Shown here piece by piece: positions 38,229-48,059 of a DNA stretch of 64,000 nt. The DNA is from an uncultured delta proteobacterium (lineage in GTDB: Bacteria > Myxococcota > Myxococcia > Myxococcales > Myxococcaceae). Each line of letters opens with the position of its first letter. The stretch's first letter is position 1. Where the stretch lies: positions 3,200,001 to 3,264,000 of the forward strand of contig CAWCKH010000004.1 of assembly GCA_963796055.1 (NCBI GenBank), written 5' to 3'. Position numbers and translations under genes: made by a program. Under the pieces are notes generated by a model that saw only the letters and a program-made list of their open reading frames with translations, ran no database searches and was not told where the DNA came from.

Positions 38229-39506
38229 TTACCCGAAGCCCCCGGTGGGCGTGCCGGGGTCGGTGCCCTCTGGCGCTCGCCCGTCCCGCGGCCGGGGAGA
38301 CCCGCTCCACGCCGGAAAGGGCGAGGGTCGCGAGGGTCCGGACCCGACAGTCCAGGCCGCGGGAGCCGCGCCGTGCGCCCGGTAGAGGTCCCGGAGCAGT
38401 CCCCGGACCCGCGCACCGTCGTGCCGCCGGTCCACGTAGGCCCGTGCCTCGGCGCCGGACTGCTCGAGCAGCTCCGGCGTGGAGGTGAGCGCCAGGAGCG
38501 CGTCCCCGAGGGCCTCGGCGTCCGCGCCGGGGAAGAAGACGGTGCAGCCGGCCGGCAAGTCCGCCCGTGCCGCCTCCGAGTCCGGCGCCAGCACCGTCCG
38601 CCCGCGGGCGTACGCCTCGAGCGCCTCGGAGAGGACGGCAGGGATGCGTGCGTCGGGACCGAAGCCGGAGAGAACCTCCACGTCGGCCCAGGCCCGGGGG
38701 AGCGCGCCCGGAGGCCCGGATGTCACCCCGGCCAGACGCGCCGCCGCGCTCACCTCCCGCTGCAGCGCCGCGTCCCAGGGCTTGCTGCGCGGCTGGGCGA
38801 GGTGAAGCCGGGCCCGTTGACCCAGCGGCCGGACCGCCTCGAGGAGGAGCCGGAGTCCGGCGCTCGACAGGTCCCAGCCCACGTGTCGGATGCGCAACGG
38901 TCCGGGACCTCGGGGGAGCGGCTCACCTGGCTCCACGCCGTCGGGGACGAGGTGCATGGCCGTCCGTCGGCCCCGGGCCCCGACCTCCTCGGCGCGGGTC
39001 CGGGTGGTGACGACCACCGCGTCGGCCTGGCCCAGGCACCGGTCCTCCGAGCGCCGCAGCGCCAGGTCGAGCACCGCGCCCTCGCGGCCTCTGCCGAGCA
39101 GCATCGGCAGCTCGGAGGAGGGGAGACGCCGGGCCTCGTAGAGGAGCGGCGGCCGGCGTGGGTGGGTGAGCACCGCGGCGCCCACCAGGGGGTCGGCGGT
39201 GTGCACCAGGGCGTACGCGTCCGAGTCCAGCTGCCGGGACACCGCGCGGCCGAAGGCCTCCACTTGCTCCAGCAGCTGGCCGGGCCCGGGCGGCACCCGG
39301 AGCACGCGGGCCCCGTGGAGCGACTCGGTGTGGGCCAGCCCCGGACCGCGAAGCGAGAGGGTGACGACCCGATACCGGTTCGCGCTCCCCCGCACGCCCT
39401 CCGTCATCCGACGGGCCCACGCCGACGGCCCGGGCCATACCTCGAACCCGGCAAGCAGGATGGCTGGGACGTCGGTCATCACGGGCAGCGGGGCGGAGGA
39501 TGACAC
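38229..39506 (-). CDS. Glycosyltransferase family 4-like protein (divergent)
   Basis: LVHTADP, ADAVVVTT, HLVPDGV, LEAYARGRTVLAPD, DAEALGDAL resemble GT-B/GT4. Confidence 0.65.
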   Translation of the reverse strand: MSSSAPLPVMTDVPAILLAGFEVWPGPSAWARRMTEGVRGSANRYRVVTLSLRGPGLAHTESLHGARVLRVPPGPGQLLEQVEAFGRAVSRQLDSDAYALVHTADPLVGAAVLTHPRRPPLLYEARRLPSSELPMLLGRGREGAVLDLALRRSEDRCLGQADAVVVTTRTRAEEVGARGRRTAMHLVPDGVEPGEPLPRGPGPLRIRHVGWDLSSAGLRLLLEAVRPLGQRARLHLAQPRSKPWDAALQREVSAAARLAGVTSGPPGALPRAWADVEVLSGFGPDARIPAVLSEALEAYARGRTVLAPDSEAARADLPAGCTVFFPGADAEALGDALLALTSTPELLEQSGAEARAYVDRRHDGARVRGLLRDLYRAHGAAPAAWTVGSGPSRPSPFPAWSGSPRPRDGRAPEGTDPGTPTGGFG

Positions 39507-39613
39507 ATCTTGCCGAGACGTTGACCGGAGGCGTCACCGACGCGTAAGCGGCGGTTCAGGGCGGTGGGGTGCTTCCACCGCGGCGCGAAACCGGCGGGGC
39601 CTTCGGAAGGGTG

Positions 39614-40792
39614 ATGGACGACTTGAAGAAGCTCAGCGTGGAGCGGCTCCGAGAGCTCGCGCGGAAGCACCTGGGCAAGGGTCACAGCCGACTCCGCACC
39701 AGGGCCCAGCTGCTCGAGGCGCTCAAGGAGGTGGTGCGCGAGCCGCTGGCGCGCCTGCGCGATGTCGCCGAGTCGGTGGTTCCGGCGGTGAAGGCCGAGG
39801 TCCGGGTGGTCGACTTTCCCCCGGGTCGAAAGGGACGTGTGCGCGCCGAACGCACCGGGCCCGAGGCGTCCACGCCGTCCAGACCTCCGGGTTCCGCGCG
39901 GCCCGCGCCCACCCGCGCCCCGGCAGCCGCCGGCCAGCGGCGGGCAGAGCCGGCGCCCCGCGACCGCACCTCCCAGCCGGCCGTCCGCGGTGCGGCGCCC
40001 GGCGGGAACGGGGGCGCCGGAGCACCGGCGCAGCGGGACGCCGGGGCCGGCACGGCGGCCATCGCGCGCGCGGTGCGGCGCACCCGGACGGCTCCGGTGG
40101 AGGGACGCCTCGACGCCGGGAGCTCGCCGCCCCGCCGCACAGGGGCGGTGGATTCCGCTCCGCGGGTCGAGGCCCCGGTGGAAGAGGGCTTCTTCGAGGC
40201 GCCGGCCGAGCCCCGGCGTCCGCGTCGTGCGCCTGCGCCCAGCGGGCCGCTCGAGCGCGAGCCCTTCGCCTCCCCCCGCGAGGTAGGCACCGACGCGCCG
40301 CTGCTCCTGGTGCGCGACCCCACCACCCTCTTCGTCTTCTGGGACTTCCGCCGCGAGCTCGAACGGGGCGCGGCGCTGGGTCTGCGCGATCCGAAGCTGC
40401 TCATTCGCCTCTACCGGGGAGCAGACCTGGACCGGAGCCTCGAGCTTCCGCTCACCGCGCGGAGCACGTACGTGACCGGACTCACCTCCGGGCAGGAGTA
40501 CACCGCCGAGGTGCTGCTCCTGGGCCGCGACGGCTGGACCCGCCCGGTGGGCTCGCGAAGCGCGGTCCGCCGCCTGCCGCCGGGCCGTGTCTCGGGGCAG
40601 CTCGAGGTGCGGACGCTCCGGCTACCCTGGTCCGAGCCTCTGTCGGGAGTGCCTGCGCCGTCGCCGCCCTCGTCTTCGCGGCACGAGCCGCTGGACTCGC
40701 CGCGCCGGGTCCCGCTGCCCACCAGCCCCGGGGCGCGGGGTCCGGCAGGCGGTCCGGGTCCGTCCGGCGCCCCTCGCTCCGGGCGGAACTGA
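39614..40792 (+). CDS. DUF4912-like protein with N-terminal Rho-N-like helical domain
   Basis: LKKLSVERLRELARKHLG; Pro/Ala/Arg linker; LLVRDPTTLFVFWDF; adjacent to GH57 as usual for this family. Confidence 0.75.
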   Translation: MDDLKKLSVERLRELARKHLGKGHSRLRTRAQLLEALKEVVREPLARLRDVAESVVPAVKAEVRVVDFPPGRKGRVRAERTGPEASTPSRPPGSARPAPTRAPAAAGQRRAEPAPRDRTSQPAVRGAAPGGNGGAGAPAQRDAGAGTAAIARAVRRTRTAPVEGRLDAGSSPPRRTGAVDSAPRVEAPVEEGFFEAPAEPRRPRRAPAPSGPLEREPFASPREVGTDAPLLLVRDPTTLFVFWDFRRELERGAALGLRDPKLLIRLYRGADLDRSLELPLTARSTYVTGLTSGQEYTAEVLLLGRDGWTRPVGSRSAVRRLPPGRVSGQLEVRTLRLPWSEPLSGVPAPSPPSSSRHEPLDSPRRVPLPTSPGARGPAGGPGPSGAPRSGRN

Positions 40793-40804
40793 GGCGGCCG
40801 GCCG

Positions 40805-42385
40805 ATGCTGCAGCCGCGGGGCGCGCTGATGCTGGTGCTCCACGCCCACCTCCCGTACGTCCGCCACCCGGACGACGAGGACCACCTCGAGGAGGAGTGG
40901 CTCCACGAGGCGGTGCTCGAGTGCTACCTCCCGTTGCTCGAGCTGCTGGAGCGGCTCGGCGACGAGGGCGTGCCGGTGCGGCTCACCCTGTCGCTCACCC
41001 CCACGCTGGTGGCGATGCTCGAGGACCCCCTGCTCCGCGCGCGCATCGGCCGCCGCATCGACCGGCAGCGCGCGCTGGCCGAGCGCGAGGTGCGCCGCAC
41101 GCGGGGAGACCCCGCCGTGCACGCCGTGGCGCGCTTCTACCAGGCGCGCCTCGACCGCCTGGAGCAGCGGTGGAGCGCGCGGTACCGGGGTGAGCTCGTC
41201 CCGGCCTTCGCCGCGCTGCGGGATCGCGGCCTGGTGGAGCTGGTCGCCTCCGGGGCGACGCACGGCTTTCTCCCCCTCCTTCGCCCTGCCCCCCAGGCGG
41301 TCCGGGCACAGGTGTCCGTCGGCGCCGCCGAGCACGCGCGCGCGTTCGGCCGACCCCCCAGCGGTTTCTGGCTCCCCGAGTGCGGCTATTACCCGGGCCT
41401 CGAGCGCGTGCTGGCGGAGGAGGAGCTCCGCTTCACCTTCCTCGACGCCCACGGCCTGACCGACGCCGAGCCGCGCCCGCTGCTCTCGGTGCATGCTCCG
41501 GCGTTCACGCCCTCGGGCGTGGCGGTGTACGCGCGCGACCCCGAGGCCTCCGAGCAGGTGTGGAGCGCGGAGGTGGGCTACCCGGCGGACCCGGTGTACC
41601 GCGACTTCTACCGGGACATCGGCTGGGACCTGCCCGAGGACGCGCTGGTTCCGGTGGTGGGGCCGGGGCGGCCACGGCGGGCGACGGGCTTCAAGTACCA
41701 CCGCATCACCGGGGGCGGAGCCGAGAAGGCCATCTGGGCCCCCGAGCCAGCGTTGGCCCGGGCCCGCGAGCACGCCCGGCACTTCGTGGGCCGGGTCCTG
41801 GAGCGCACCCGGGCGCTGGTCGGACGGATGGAGCGCGATCCGCTGGTGGTCGCCCCCTACGACGCCGAGCTCTTCGGTCACTGGTGGTTCGAGGGCCCGG
41901 CGTTCCTCGAGGCGCTGTTCCGCGAGGCCGCCGCCGCGGGTCTGGTGGTGGTGACCCCGGCGGACGACCTCCAGGCCTGGCCCGAGGCGCAGGTCGTCTC
42001 GCCGGTGGAGAGCAGCTGGGGCGAGCACGGACACGCCTCGATGTGGCTCGACCCGGTGAACGACTGGATTCCCCAGGCGCTCTTCGGGTGCGCGCAGATG
42101 CTGGCCCCGTTCGCCCGTCTGGGGCGTGTGTCGGGGGTGGAGGGGCGCGCGCTGGTGCAGGCCCTCCGGGAGCTGCTCCTCGCCCAGTCGTCGGACTTCG
42201 CCTTCATCCTCCGGAGCGGCACCGTGACCGCCTATGCCCGTGCCCGTGTGCAGGCTCACCTCTCGGCGTTCCTGGAGCTGGTGCGTGCGGTGCGCACCGG
42301 AACGGTGGATCCGCTGCGGCTTCAACAGCTCCAGCAGCGCGATGCGCTCTTCCCGGACCTCACCCTCGACGCGTTCCGGGAGTGA
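40805..42385 (+). CDS. GH57 1,4-alpha-glucan branching enzyme-like protein
   Basis: LHAHLPYVRHP, GATHGFLP, GFWLPECGY (nucleophile Glu), PYDAELFGHWWFEGP (acid/base Asp), LAQSSDF. Confidence 0.93.
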   Translation: MLQPRGALMLVLHAHLPYVRHPDDEDHLEEEWLHEAVLECYLPLLELLERLGDEGVPVRLTLSLTPTLVAMLEDPLLRARIGRRIDRQRALAEREVRRTRGDPAVHAVARFYQARLDRLEQRWSARYRGELVPAFAALRDRGLVELVASGATHGFLPLLRPAPQAVRAQVSVGAAEHARAFGRPPSGFWLPECGYYPGLERVLAEEELRFTFLDAHGLTDAEPRPLLSVHAPAFTPSGVAVYARDPEASEQVWSAEVGYPADPVYRDFYRDIGWDLPEDALVPVVGPGRPRRATGFKYHRITGGGAEKAIWAPEPALARAREHARHFVGRVLERTRALVGRMERDPLVVAPYDAELFGHWWFEGPAFLEALFREAAAAGLVVVTPADDLQAWPEAQVVSPVESSWGEHGHASMWLDPVNDWIPQALFGCAQMLAPFARLGRVSGVEGRALVQALRELLLAQSSDFAFILRSGTVTAYARARVQAHLSAFLELVRAVRTGTVDPLRLQQLQQRDALFPDLTLDAFRE

Positions 42386-42506
42386 GGGCCTCCCTGAACG
42401 CCCGGCTCCGTTGGAAGAACCTGCGGCCCCGGGCTGTTCAAGCCAAGGCCCAGAACATGCAATCTTGCTTGCGCCGGGTCCGGCGCCTTTTACGTTGGGT
42501 CTCGAC

Positions 42507-44009
42507 ATGAACCTTCGTCGCTTCCTCGCGCCGGCGGCGCTCCTCGCCTCCGGTCTCCTTGCCGTGCCGCTGCTCCACGGCGTTCCAGCACGGGCGCAAA
42601 CCTCGCCCGCGCCCCAGCCCCCGCCCGGACAGGCCACCGTGCCCCACCAGGCCGTCCCGCAGGGGGGCGCGCTTCCCTCGCTCGCGCCGCTGGTGGACAG
42701 CGTGAAGGCCGCGGTGGTGAACGTGGACGTCACTTCGCGGGTGGAGCGCGACGACGGCGGCGGGGGGGACGACCCGTTCGAGCAGTTCTTCGGCCGCGGG
42801 CGGCAGCGGCCACAGGTTCGCCAGGGCGCGGGGAGCGGCTTCGTCATCGATCCGCGCGGCTACATCCTGACCAACAACCACGTGGTCGAAGGGGCGTTCA
42901 ACATCCGGGTGAAGTTCGAGGACGGCCGCGCGCTCGAGGCCGAGGTGCTCGGTCGCGACCCGCTGACCGACGTCGCCCTGATCAAGCTCAAGAATCCGCC
43001 CCCGAACATCCCCTTCGTCAAGCTCGGTGACTCGGACGCGATGCGCGTCGGCGACTGGGTGGTGGCGATCGGGAACCCCTTCGGGCTCGCCTCCAGCGTG
43101 AGCGCGGGCATCCTCAGCGCCAAGGCACGGGAGATCGGCGCCACGCAGTACGATGATTTCTTGCAGACCGACGCCGCCATCAACCCCGGCAACTCGGGCG
43201 GTCCGCTGTTCAACCTCCGGGGCGAGGTCATCGGGATGAACACCGCCATCGTCAGCGGCGGAGCGGGCATCGGCTTCGCCGTGCCGAGCAACCTGGCCAA
43301 GGCGATCATCCCGCAGCTGGAGAAGAACGGCTCCGTCACCCGGGGCTACATCGGGGTGAAGCTGCAGAACCTCACCCCCGAGCTGGCCAAGGGGCTGAAC
43401 GTGCCCCAGCCCTCGGGCGCCCTGATCAACGAGGTCACCAGGAACAGCCCGGGCGACAAGGCGGGCCTCAAGGCGGACGACGTGGTGGTCTCGATCGACG
43501 GCAAGAAGGTGGAGAGCAGCTCCGGGCTGTCGCGCACCGTGGCCCTGCGCCCGCCCGGATCCACCGTGAACCTCGGGGTGATCCGCAGCGGCAAGCCCCA
43601 GGACGTCAAGGTGACCTTGACCTCCCGGCCGGGAGACCTGGACCGGCTGGGGGATGCGCGCGGACCTCGCCCCGGCGGCGGCAAGACCCAGAAGGACGAG
43701 AGCAACCGGCAGCGCATCGGGCTGACGCTCCAGAGCATCGATCCCCGCACCGCCGAGGCCAATGGCCTGCCCACCAAGGGCGCGGTCATCACCGAGGTGC
43801 AGCCGGGCTCGCCTGCGGACGCCGCCGAGCTGGCGCCGGGCATGGTGGTCACCGAGGCAGCGGGGAAGAAGGTCGCCTCGGCCGACGATCTCTCTCGCGT
43901 CCTCAAGGAGGCCAAGCCCGGAAGCACCATCCTGCTCCGGGTGCAGGTGCGCGTGCCCAACCGCGAGGAGAGCACGCTTCTGCGCGCGCTCACCATCCCC
44001 GGAGCCTGA
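42507..44009 (+). CDS. Do/DegP/HtrA serine endoprotease with two PDZ domains
   Basis: Signal peptide; GSGFVI, TNNHVV, TDVALIK, QTDAAINPGNSGGPL. Confidence 0.96.
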   Translation: MNLRRFLAPAALLASGLLAVPLLHGVPARAQTSPAPQPPPGQATVPHQAVPQGGALPSLAPLVDSVKAAVVNVDVTSRVERDDGGGGDDPFEQFFGRGRQRPQVRQGAGSGFVIDPRGYILTNNHVVEGAFNIRVKFEDGRALEAEVLGRDPLTDVALIKLKNPPPNIPFVKLGDSDAMRVGDWVVAIGNPFGLASSVSAGILSAKAREIGATQYDDFLQTDAAINPGNSGGPLFNLRGEVIGMNTAIVSGGAGIGFAVPSNLAKAIIPQLEKNGSVTRGYIGVKLQNLTPELAKGLNVPQPSGALINEVTRNSPGDKAGLKADDVVVSIDGKKVESSSGLSRTVALRPPGSTVNLGVIRSGKPQDVKVTLTSRPGDLDRLGDARGPRPGGGKTQKDESNRQRIGLTLQSIDPRTAEANGLPTKGAVITEVQPGSPADAAELAPGMVVTEAAGKKVASADDLSRVLKEAKPGSTILLRVQVRVPNREESTLLRALTIPGA

Positions 44010-44061
44010 CCCGCCGCCGCTCAGGAGCAGGGTGGGTTCCGGGGTAGGCTCGAGGACTGTC

Positions 44062-44805
44062 GTGGACAGCGCGCTCTTCCTCGTCGCCAGGGGCCTTCCG
44101 GTCCGACACGGCTTCACCCTGCGCTCCGGAGGGGTGAGCGAGGGCAAGCGCGCCTCACTCGACCTCGGGCCGGCCGGGGACACCGGCGCCGACGTGCAGG
44201 AGAACCGAGCGCGGGTGGCGCGGGCCGCGGGTCTTCCGCCCGGACGGCTCGCCCTGGCCGAGCAGGTCCACGGCACGGCCGTGGTCCGCGCCCGGCCCGG
44301 AGTGCTCTCCGAGGCTGACGCGCTGTGGACGGATGAGCGGGACACCTGGATCGGCATCCGGACCGCGGACTGCGTCCCGGTGCTCCTCTGCAGCGAGGAC
44401 GGCGCCCGGGTCGCCGCCGTGCACTCCGGGTGGCGAGGAACGGTGGCCCGCATCGGTGCTGCGGCGGTGGCCACCCTGGCCGGGCCCGGAGCCCCCGCCG
44501 AGACCTTGCGCGCGGCCATCGGGCCCGCGATCGGGGTCTGCTGCTACGAGGTGAGCGAGGAGCTGGCCGGGCGTTTCGCCGACGCCTTCGGTGCGGAGGT
44601 CGTCCGCCGCGGCGGGCCCCGGCCCCACCTGGACCTTCGGCTCGCGGTGCGCCGCACCCTCGTCCAGGCCGGCCTCCGGGAGGCCCACGTCGAGGACGTC
44701 CCGGGGTGCAACGCCTGCGACCCCGGGCGCTTCTTCTCGCACCGCAGGGACCGAGGTGGGACGGGGCGGCACCTGGCGTTCATCGCCCCCGGCCGCCTTT
44801 CTTGA
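44062..44805 (+). CDS. pgeF: Peptidoglycan editing factor PgeF / YfiH family
   Basis: HGFTLRSGGVS, EQVHG, TADCVPVL, HSGWRG, GPAIGVCCYEV, FFSHRR. Confidence 0.92.
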   Translation: MDSALFLVARGLPVRHGFTLRSGGVSEGKRASLDLGPAGDTGADVQENRARVARAAGLPPGRLALAEQVHGTAVVRARPGVLSEADALWTDERDTWIGIRTADCVPVLLCSEDGARVAAVHSGWRGTVARIGAAAVATLAGPGAPAETLRAAIGPAIGVCCYEVSEELAGRFADAFGAEVVRRGGPRPHLDLRLAVRRTLVQAGLREAHVEDVPGCNACDPGRFFSHRRDRGGTGRHLAFIAPGRLS

Positions 44806-44854
44806 CCCCTCTCGAAGCGGGTCCGTACACTCCCACGGAATCCCTCGTGTTCCC

Positions 44855-45634
44855 GTGCCTCGCATCTCCCCCGCGTACGTCCTGACGGCCCTCGTCCCCT
44901 GTGTGGTGGGCTGTGCCTCGGACGCGGCGAGCAAGAGCGAGGTGCGCACGCTCCAGGCCTCGGTGAAGCAGCTGCAGGACGAGAACATGAGGCTCTTGGA
45001 GCGCGTCCAGGCGCTGGAGACGGAGCGTGCGGTGGCCCGGGCCGCGCAGCAGCCGCTGGGCCCGCTGCTGGCCGCGGCGCCCTCCACCCCCACCGGCAGC
45101 GAGGTGCCCACCCTGGCGGTGGTGAAGCTCAGGCCACGCGCCGACCGGGCTCCGTCCATCGACGTGCGCACCCCGGTGCAGGAGCCCGACGCCGAGCTGG
45201 TGGCCGCGCTCGCCAGGCCCACCAACCCGGTCTCCGAGGCGCCGGATGCGACCCAGATCGACGGCGAGTTCGCCCAGGCGCAGGAGTCGCTCCGCACCGG
45301 AAATCTCGGCGGAGGCGTGGAGCGGATGACCCGCTTCGCCGAGGCGCACCCGAAGGATCCGCGCGCCGACGACGCCCTCTACCTCGCCGCGCTGGGCGAG
45401 CTGGGACAGGACGAGCCGGCCCGCGCCGCCAAGCTGCTCGAGACCGCGCTCCAGCGGTATCCGGCTGGAGACGTGGTGCAGCAGGCGATGCTCAAGCTCG
45501 CCGAGTGCCGGATGCGCCTCAAGCAGCCCGCCGAGGCGCGTGCGCTGCTCGCGCGGCTGGCGACCACCTTCCCGGGCACGCCGGCGGCCGCCGAGGCCCA
45601 GGCGCGCCTGGCCCGAATGCCGAGGACACCTTGA
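44855..45634 (+). CDS. YbgF/CpoB-like TPR lipoprotein
   Basis: VVGCAS lipobox, coiled coil, HPKDPRADDALY, RYPAGD, FPGTPAAAEA; start inferred. Confidence 0.75.
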   Translation: MPRISPAYVLTALVPCVVGCASDAASKSEVRTLQASVKQLQDENMRLLERVQALETERAVARAAQQPLGPLLAAAPSTPTGSEVPTLAVVKLRPRADRAPSIDVRTPVQEPDAELVAALARPTNPVSEAPDATQIDGEFAQAQESLRTGNLGGGVERMTRFAEAHPKDPRADDALYLAALGELGQDEPARAAKLLETALQRYPAGDVVQQAMLKLAECRMRLKQPAEARALLARLATTFPGTPAAAEAQARLARMPRTP

Positions 45635-46806
45635 TGAGAGCGTCGCTCCTGTCGTTGTGCCTTGTCGCCTCCGTCGTCCGGGCCCAGGCGCCCGCCGGCG
45701 GAAGCTCCGAGGTCGAGGGCACCGAGGTGAAGCAGCCGCCGCGCCCTGCCGACCAGGGCCAGGTGCAAGTGGCCCCGCCGGAGGGCCCCTCGCAGGTGCA
45801 CACCGTGGAGAAGGGCGACACCCTGTGGGACCTGTCGAGCAAGTACCTCGGCAGCCCCTGGTACTGGCCGAAGGTCTGGTCGTACAACCCGCAGATCGCC
45901 AACCCCCACTGGATCTACCCCGGCAACCAGGTGCGCTTCTTCCCCGGCAACGGAGAGGAGACGCCGGCCAGGGCCGAGCAGGTCGTCGGTGACGAGGACG
46001 AGCTGCAGGCCGGCGAGGCCATCCAGGGCGAGGACGAGGTCCAGGTGGTCCGTCTTCCGGTGGAGACCAAGACCCGGGAGATCGTCCTGAAGGATGGCTT
46101 CGTGACCCCGCGGGAGATCGAGGCCGCGGGCACGCTGGTCGGCAGCTATGCCGAGTCCGAGATGCTGTCGCCGCCCGACGTGGTCTACCTGGACTTCAAG
46201 GACCGGAGCGCGGTCCAGGTCGGCGCCAGCTACCTCGTCTACCGCACCGTGGGGGAAATCCATCACCCCCACACGGGCAAGTTCCTGGGCTACCAGACCC
46301 AGATCCTTGGCACGGTGAAGGTGAACCGCACCAGCGAGCCCAAGGTCCGGGCGGTCCTCGACCGCGCGCTGGACGAGATCCGCCGCGGCGACCGCATCGG
46401 CCCGGCGCGCGAGCGGCTGTACGAGACCGTGGCTCCAGTCCCCAGCTCCGTGACCTTGCAGAACCTCACCGTCGTGGCGCAGCTCGAGCCGTCGCTCACC
46501 ATGGCCGGCGAGCAGGTCCGGGTTCTGGTGGATGCTGGCAGCGCCCAGGGTGTCCAGGTCGGAAACGTCTTCACCGTCATCCGCCAGGTGGACCCCATCA
46601 CCTCCGGGGTCGGAGTCGATCCCAGCGAGAACCAGGACAGCACCCTGCCCCTGGAGGAGGTTGGCCGGTGCATGGCGGTGGACGTCCGCGAGACCGTGAC
46701 CACCTGCCTGCTCCTCCGCTCCTTCCGCGAGGTGGTGGCCGGAGACCGGGTCGAGCTGCGCGCCGGCGGGCCGCAAACGGCCGGATTCACTGGCTCAAGT
46801 CGCTGA
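45634..46806 (+). CDS. LysM peptidoglycan-binding protein
   Basis: HTVEKGDTLWDLSSKYLGSPWYWPKVWSYNPQIANPHWIYPG; typical position upstream of dprA. Confidence 0.92.
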   Translation: MRASLLSLCLVASVVRAQAPAGGSSEVEGTEVKQPPRPADQGQVQVAPPEGPSQVHTVEKGDTLWDLSSKYLGSPWYWPKVWSYNPQIANPHWIYPGNQVRFFPGNGEETPARAEQVVGDEDELQAGEAIQGEDEVQVVRLPVETKTREIVLKDGFVTPREIEAAGTLVGSYAESEMLSPPDVVYLDFKDRSAVQVGASYLVYRTVGEIHHPHTGKFLGYQTQILGTVKVNRTSEPKVRAVLDRALDEIRRGDRIGPARERLYETVAPVPSSVTLQNLTVVAQLEPSLTMAGEQVRVLVDAGSAQGVQVGNVFTVIRQVDPITSGVGVDPSENQDSTLPLEEVGRCMAVDVRETVTTCLLLRSFREVVAGDRVELRAGGPQTAGFTGSSR

Positions 46807-46935
46807 ACCCGCGGGCTGTCCGGGGGGCCCTCGCTTGACCCGGTGGGTGCGGGCGCTTATGTCTCGCCGCCGCTTTCCGGCCGGTCTCCCCACTTCTATA
46901 TAGGTGGCCCGGGACTGGCAGGGGCGTACCCCGTG

Positions 46936-48051
46936 ATGGACACCCGTCCGCTCCCCAGCGCCGAACGCGATGCGCTTCTCGCCCTCTGGGCCGTTCCCGG
47001 CATCGGGAGCATCGGCCTCGGCGGCATGCGCGTGTGGGCCGCCGGACGGTGGGCCGACCTCCTGGACACCCCGGCCCGCGACTGGGTCGATGGACTGCCG
47101 GCGAGCGACCTGGTGCGGGCGCGGCTCCGGGCGGCGGGGTCGCTCCGCGCGGTGGCCGAGGAGGTGCGCGAGCGCGCGACCCGGGGCCGGATGGAGGTGC
47201 TCCACAGGGGAGACCCCGGCTACCCCGAGCGGCTGGCCGAGGTGCGTGACGCGCCCCCGGTGCTCTTCGTGCGCGGCACCGTGGGTCGTCCCCGGCGGAG
47301 GCTGGCGCTCGTCGGCACCCGCCACCCCGAGCAGGGCTTCCTCCGGCATGCGCGGGCTTTCGCCGCGGCGGTGGCGGGCGGCGGCGCCGGCGTGGTGTCC
47401 GGGGCGGCCGCCGGCGTGGATCGAGCCTGTCACCTCGGCGCGCTCGACATGGGCGGCGAGACCTGGGCGTTCCTCGGCTCGGCGCTCGACGCGGTGGACC
47501 CCGCCCAGGCGCGGCTGGTGCCGGCCATCCTCGACGGCGGGGGCGCCGTGTTCAGCGAGCTGCCGCCGGGGATCCGGGCGAGCAAGCAGACGTTCCCCCG
47601 GCGAAACCGACTCATCTCCGGCGCATCCGATGCGGTTCTGGTGCTCCGGGCGGGCGAGAGGAGCGGCGCGATGCACACGGTCGCCGCGGCGCGGGTCCAG
47701 GGCCGGCCCATCCTCGCCTGTCCTGGGGAGACGTGGGCCGAGGCGGCCCGGGGCTGCAACCTCCTGGTGGCGCGTGGCCTGGCGCAGCTGTGCATCGGGC
47801 CACGGGACGCACTGAGGGTGGTGGGGCTGGACGGGACGCCGCCGCCGGGGACCATCGAGCCCGGGCAGATGCCAGGCATGTCCCAGGCCGCGGCGCGCAT
47901 CTACGCGCTGCTGGGGTCCGAGCCGCGTCCGGTGGAGGAGCTGGAGGAAGGCTCCGGGCTGGATCCGGGCGCTGCAGTGAGCGCGCTGTGCGAGCTGGAG
48001 CTCCTGGGACTTGCGGTGCAGGCCCCGGGAAGAAGGTACCAACGGGTGTGA
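46936..48051 (+). CDS. dprA: DNA-processing protein DprA/Smf
   Basis: YPERLAE..DAPPVLFVRG, ALVGTR, VSGAAAGVD, FPRRNRLISG, SGAMHT, GCNLL; upstream of topA. Confidence 0.94.
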   Translation: MDTRPLPSAERDALLALWAVPGIGSIGLGGMRVWAAGRWADLLDTPARDWVDGLPASDLVRARLRAAGSLRAVAEEVRERATRGRMEVLHRGDPGYPERLAEVRDAPPVLFVRGTVGRPRRRLALVGTRHPEQGFLRHARAFAAAVAGGGAGVVSGAAAGVDRACHLGALDMGGETWAFLGSALDAVDPAQARLVPAILDGGGAVFSELPPGIRASKQTFPRRNRLISGASDAVLVLRAGERSGAMHTVAAARVQGRPILACPGETWAEAARGCNLLVARGLAQLCIGPRDALRVVGLDGTPPPGTIEPGQMPGMSQAAARIYALLGSEPRPVEELEEGSGLDPGAAVSALCELELLGLAVQAPGRRYQRV

Positions 48052-48059
48052 GGGAGACG

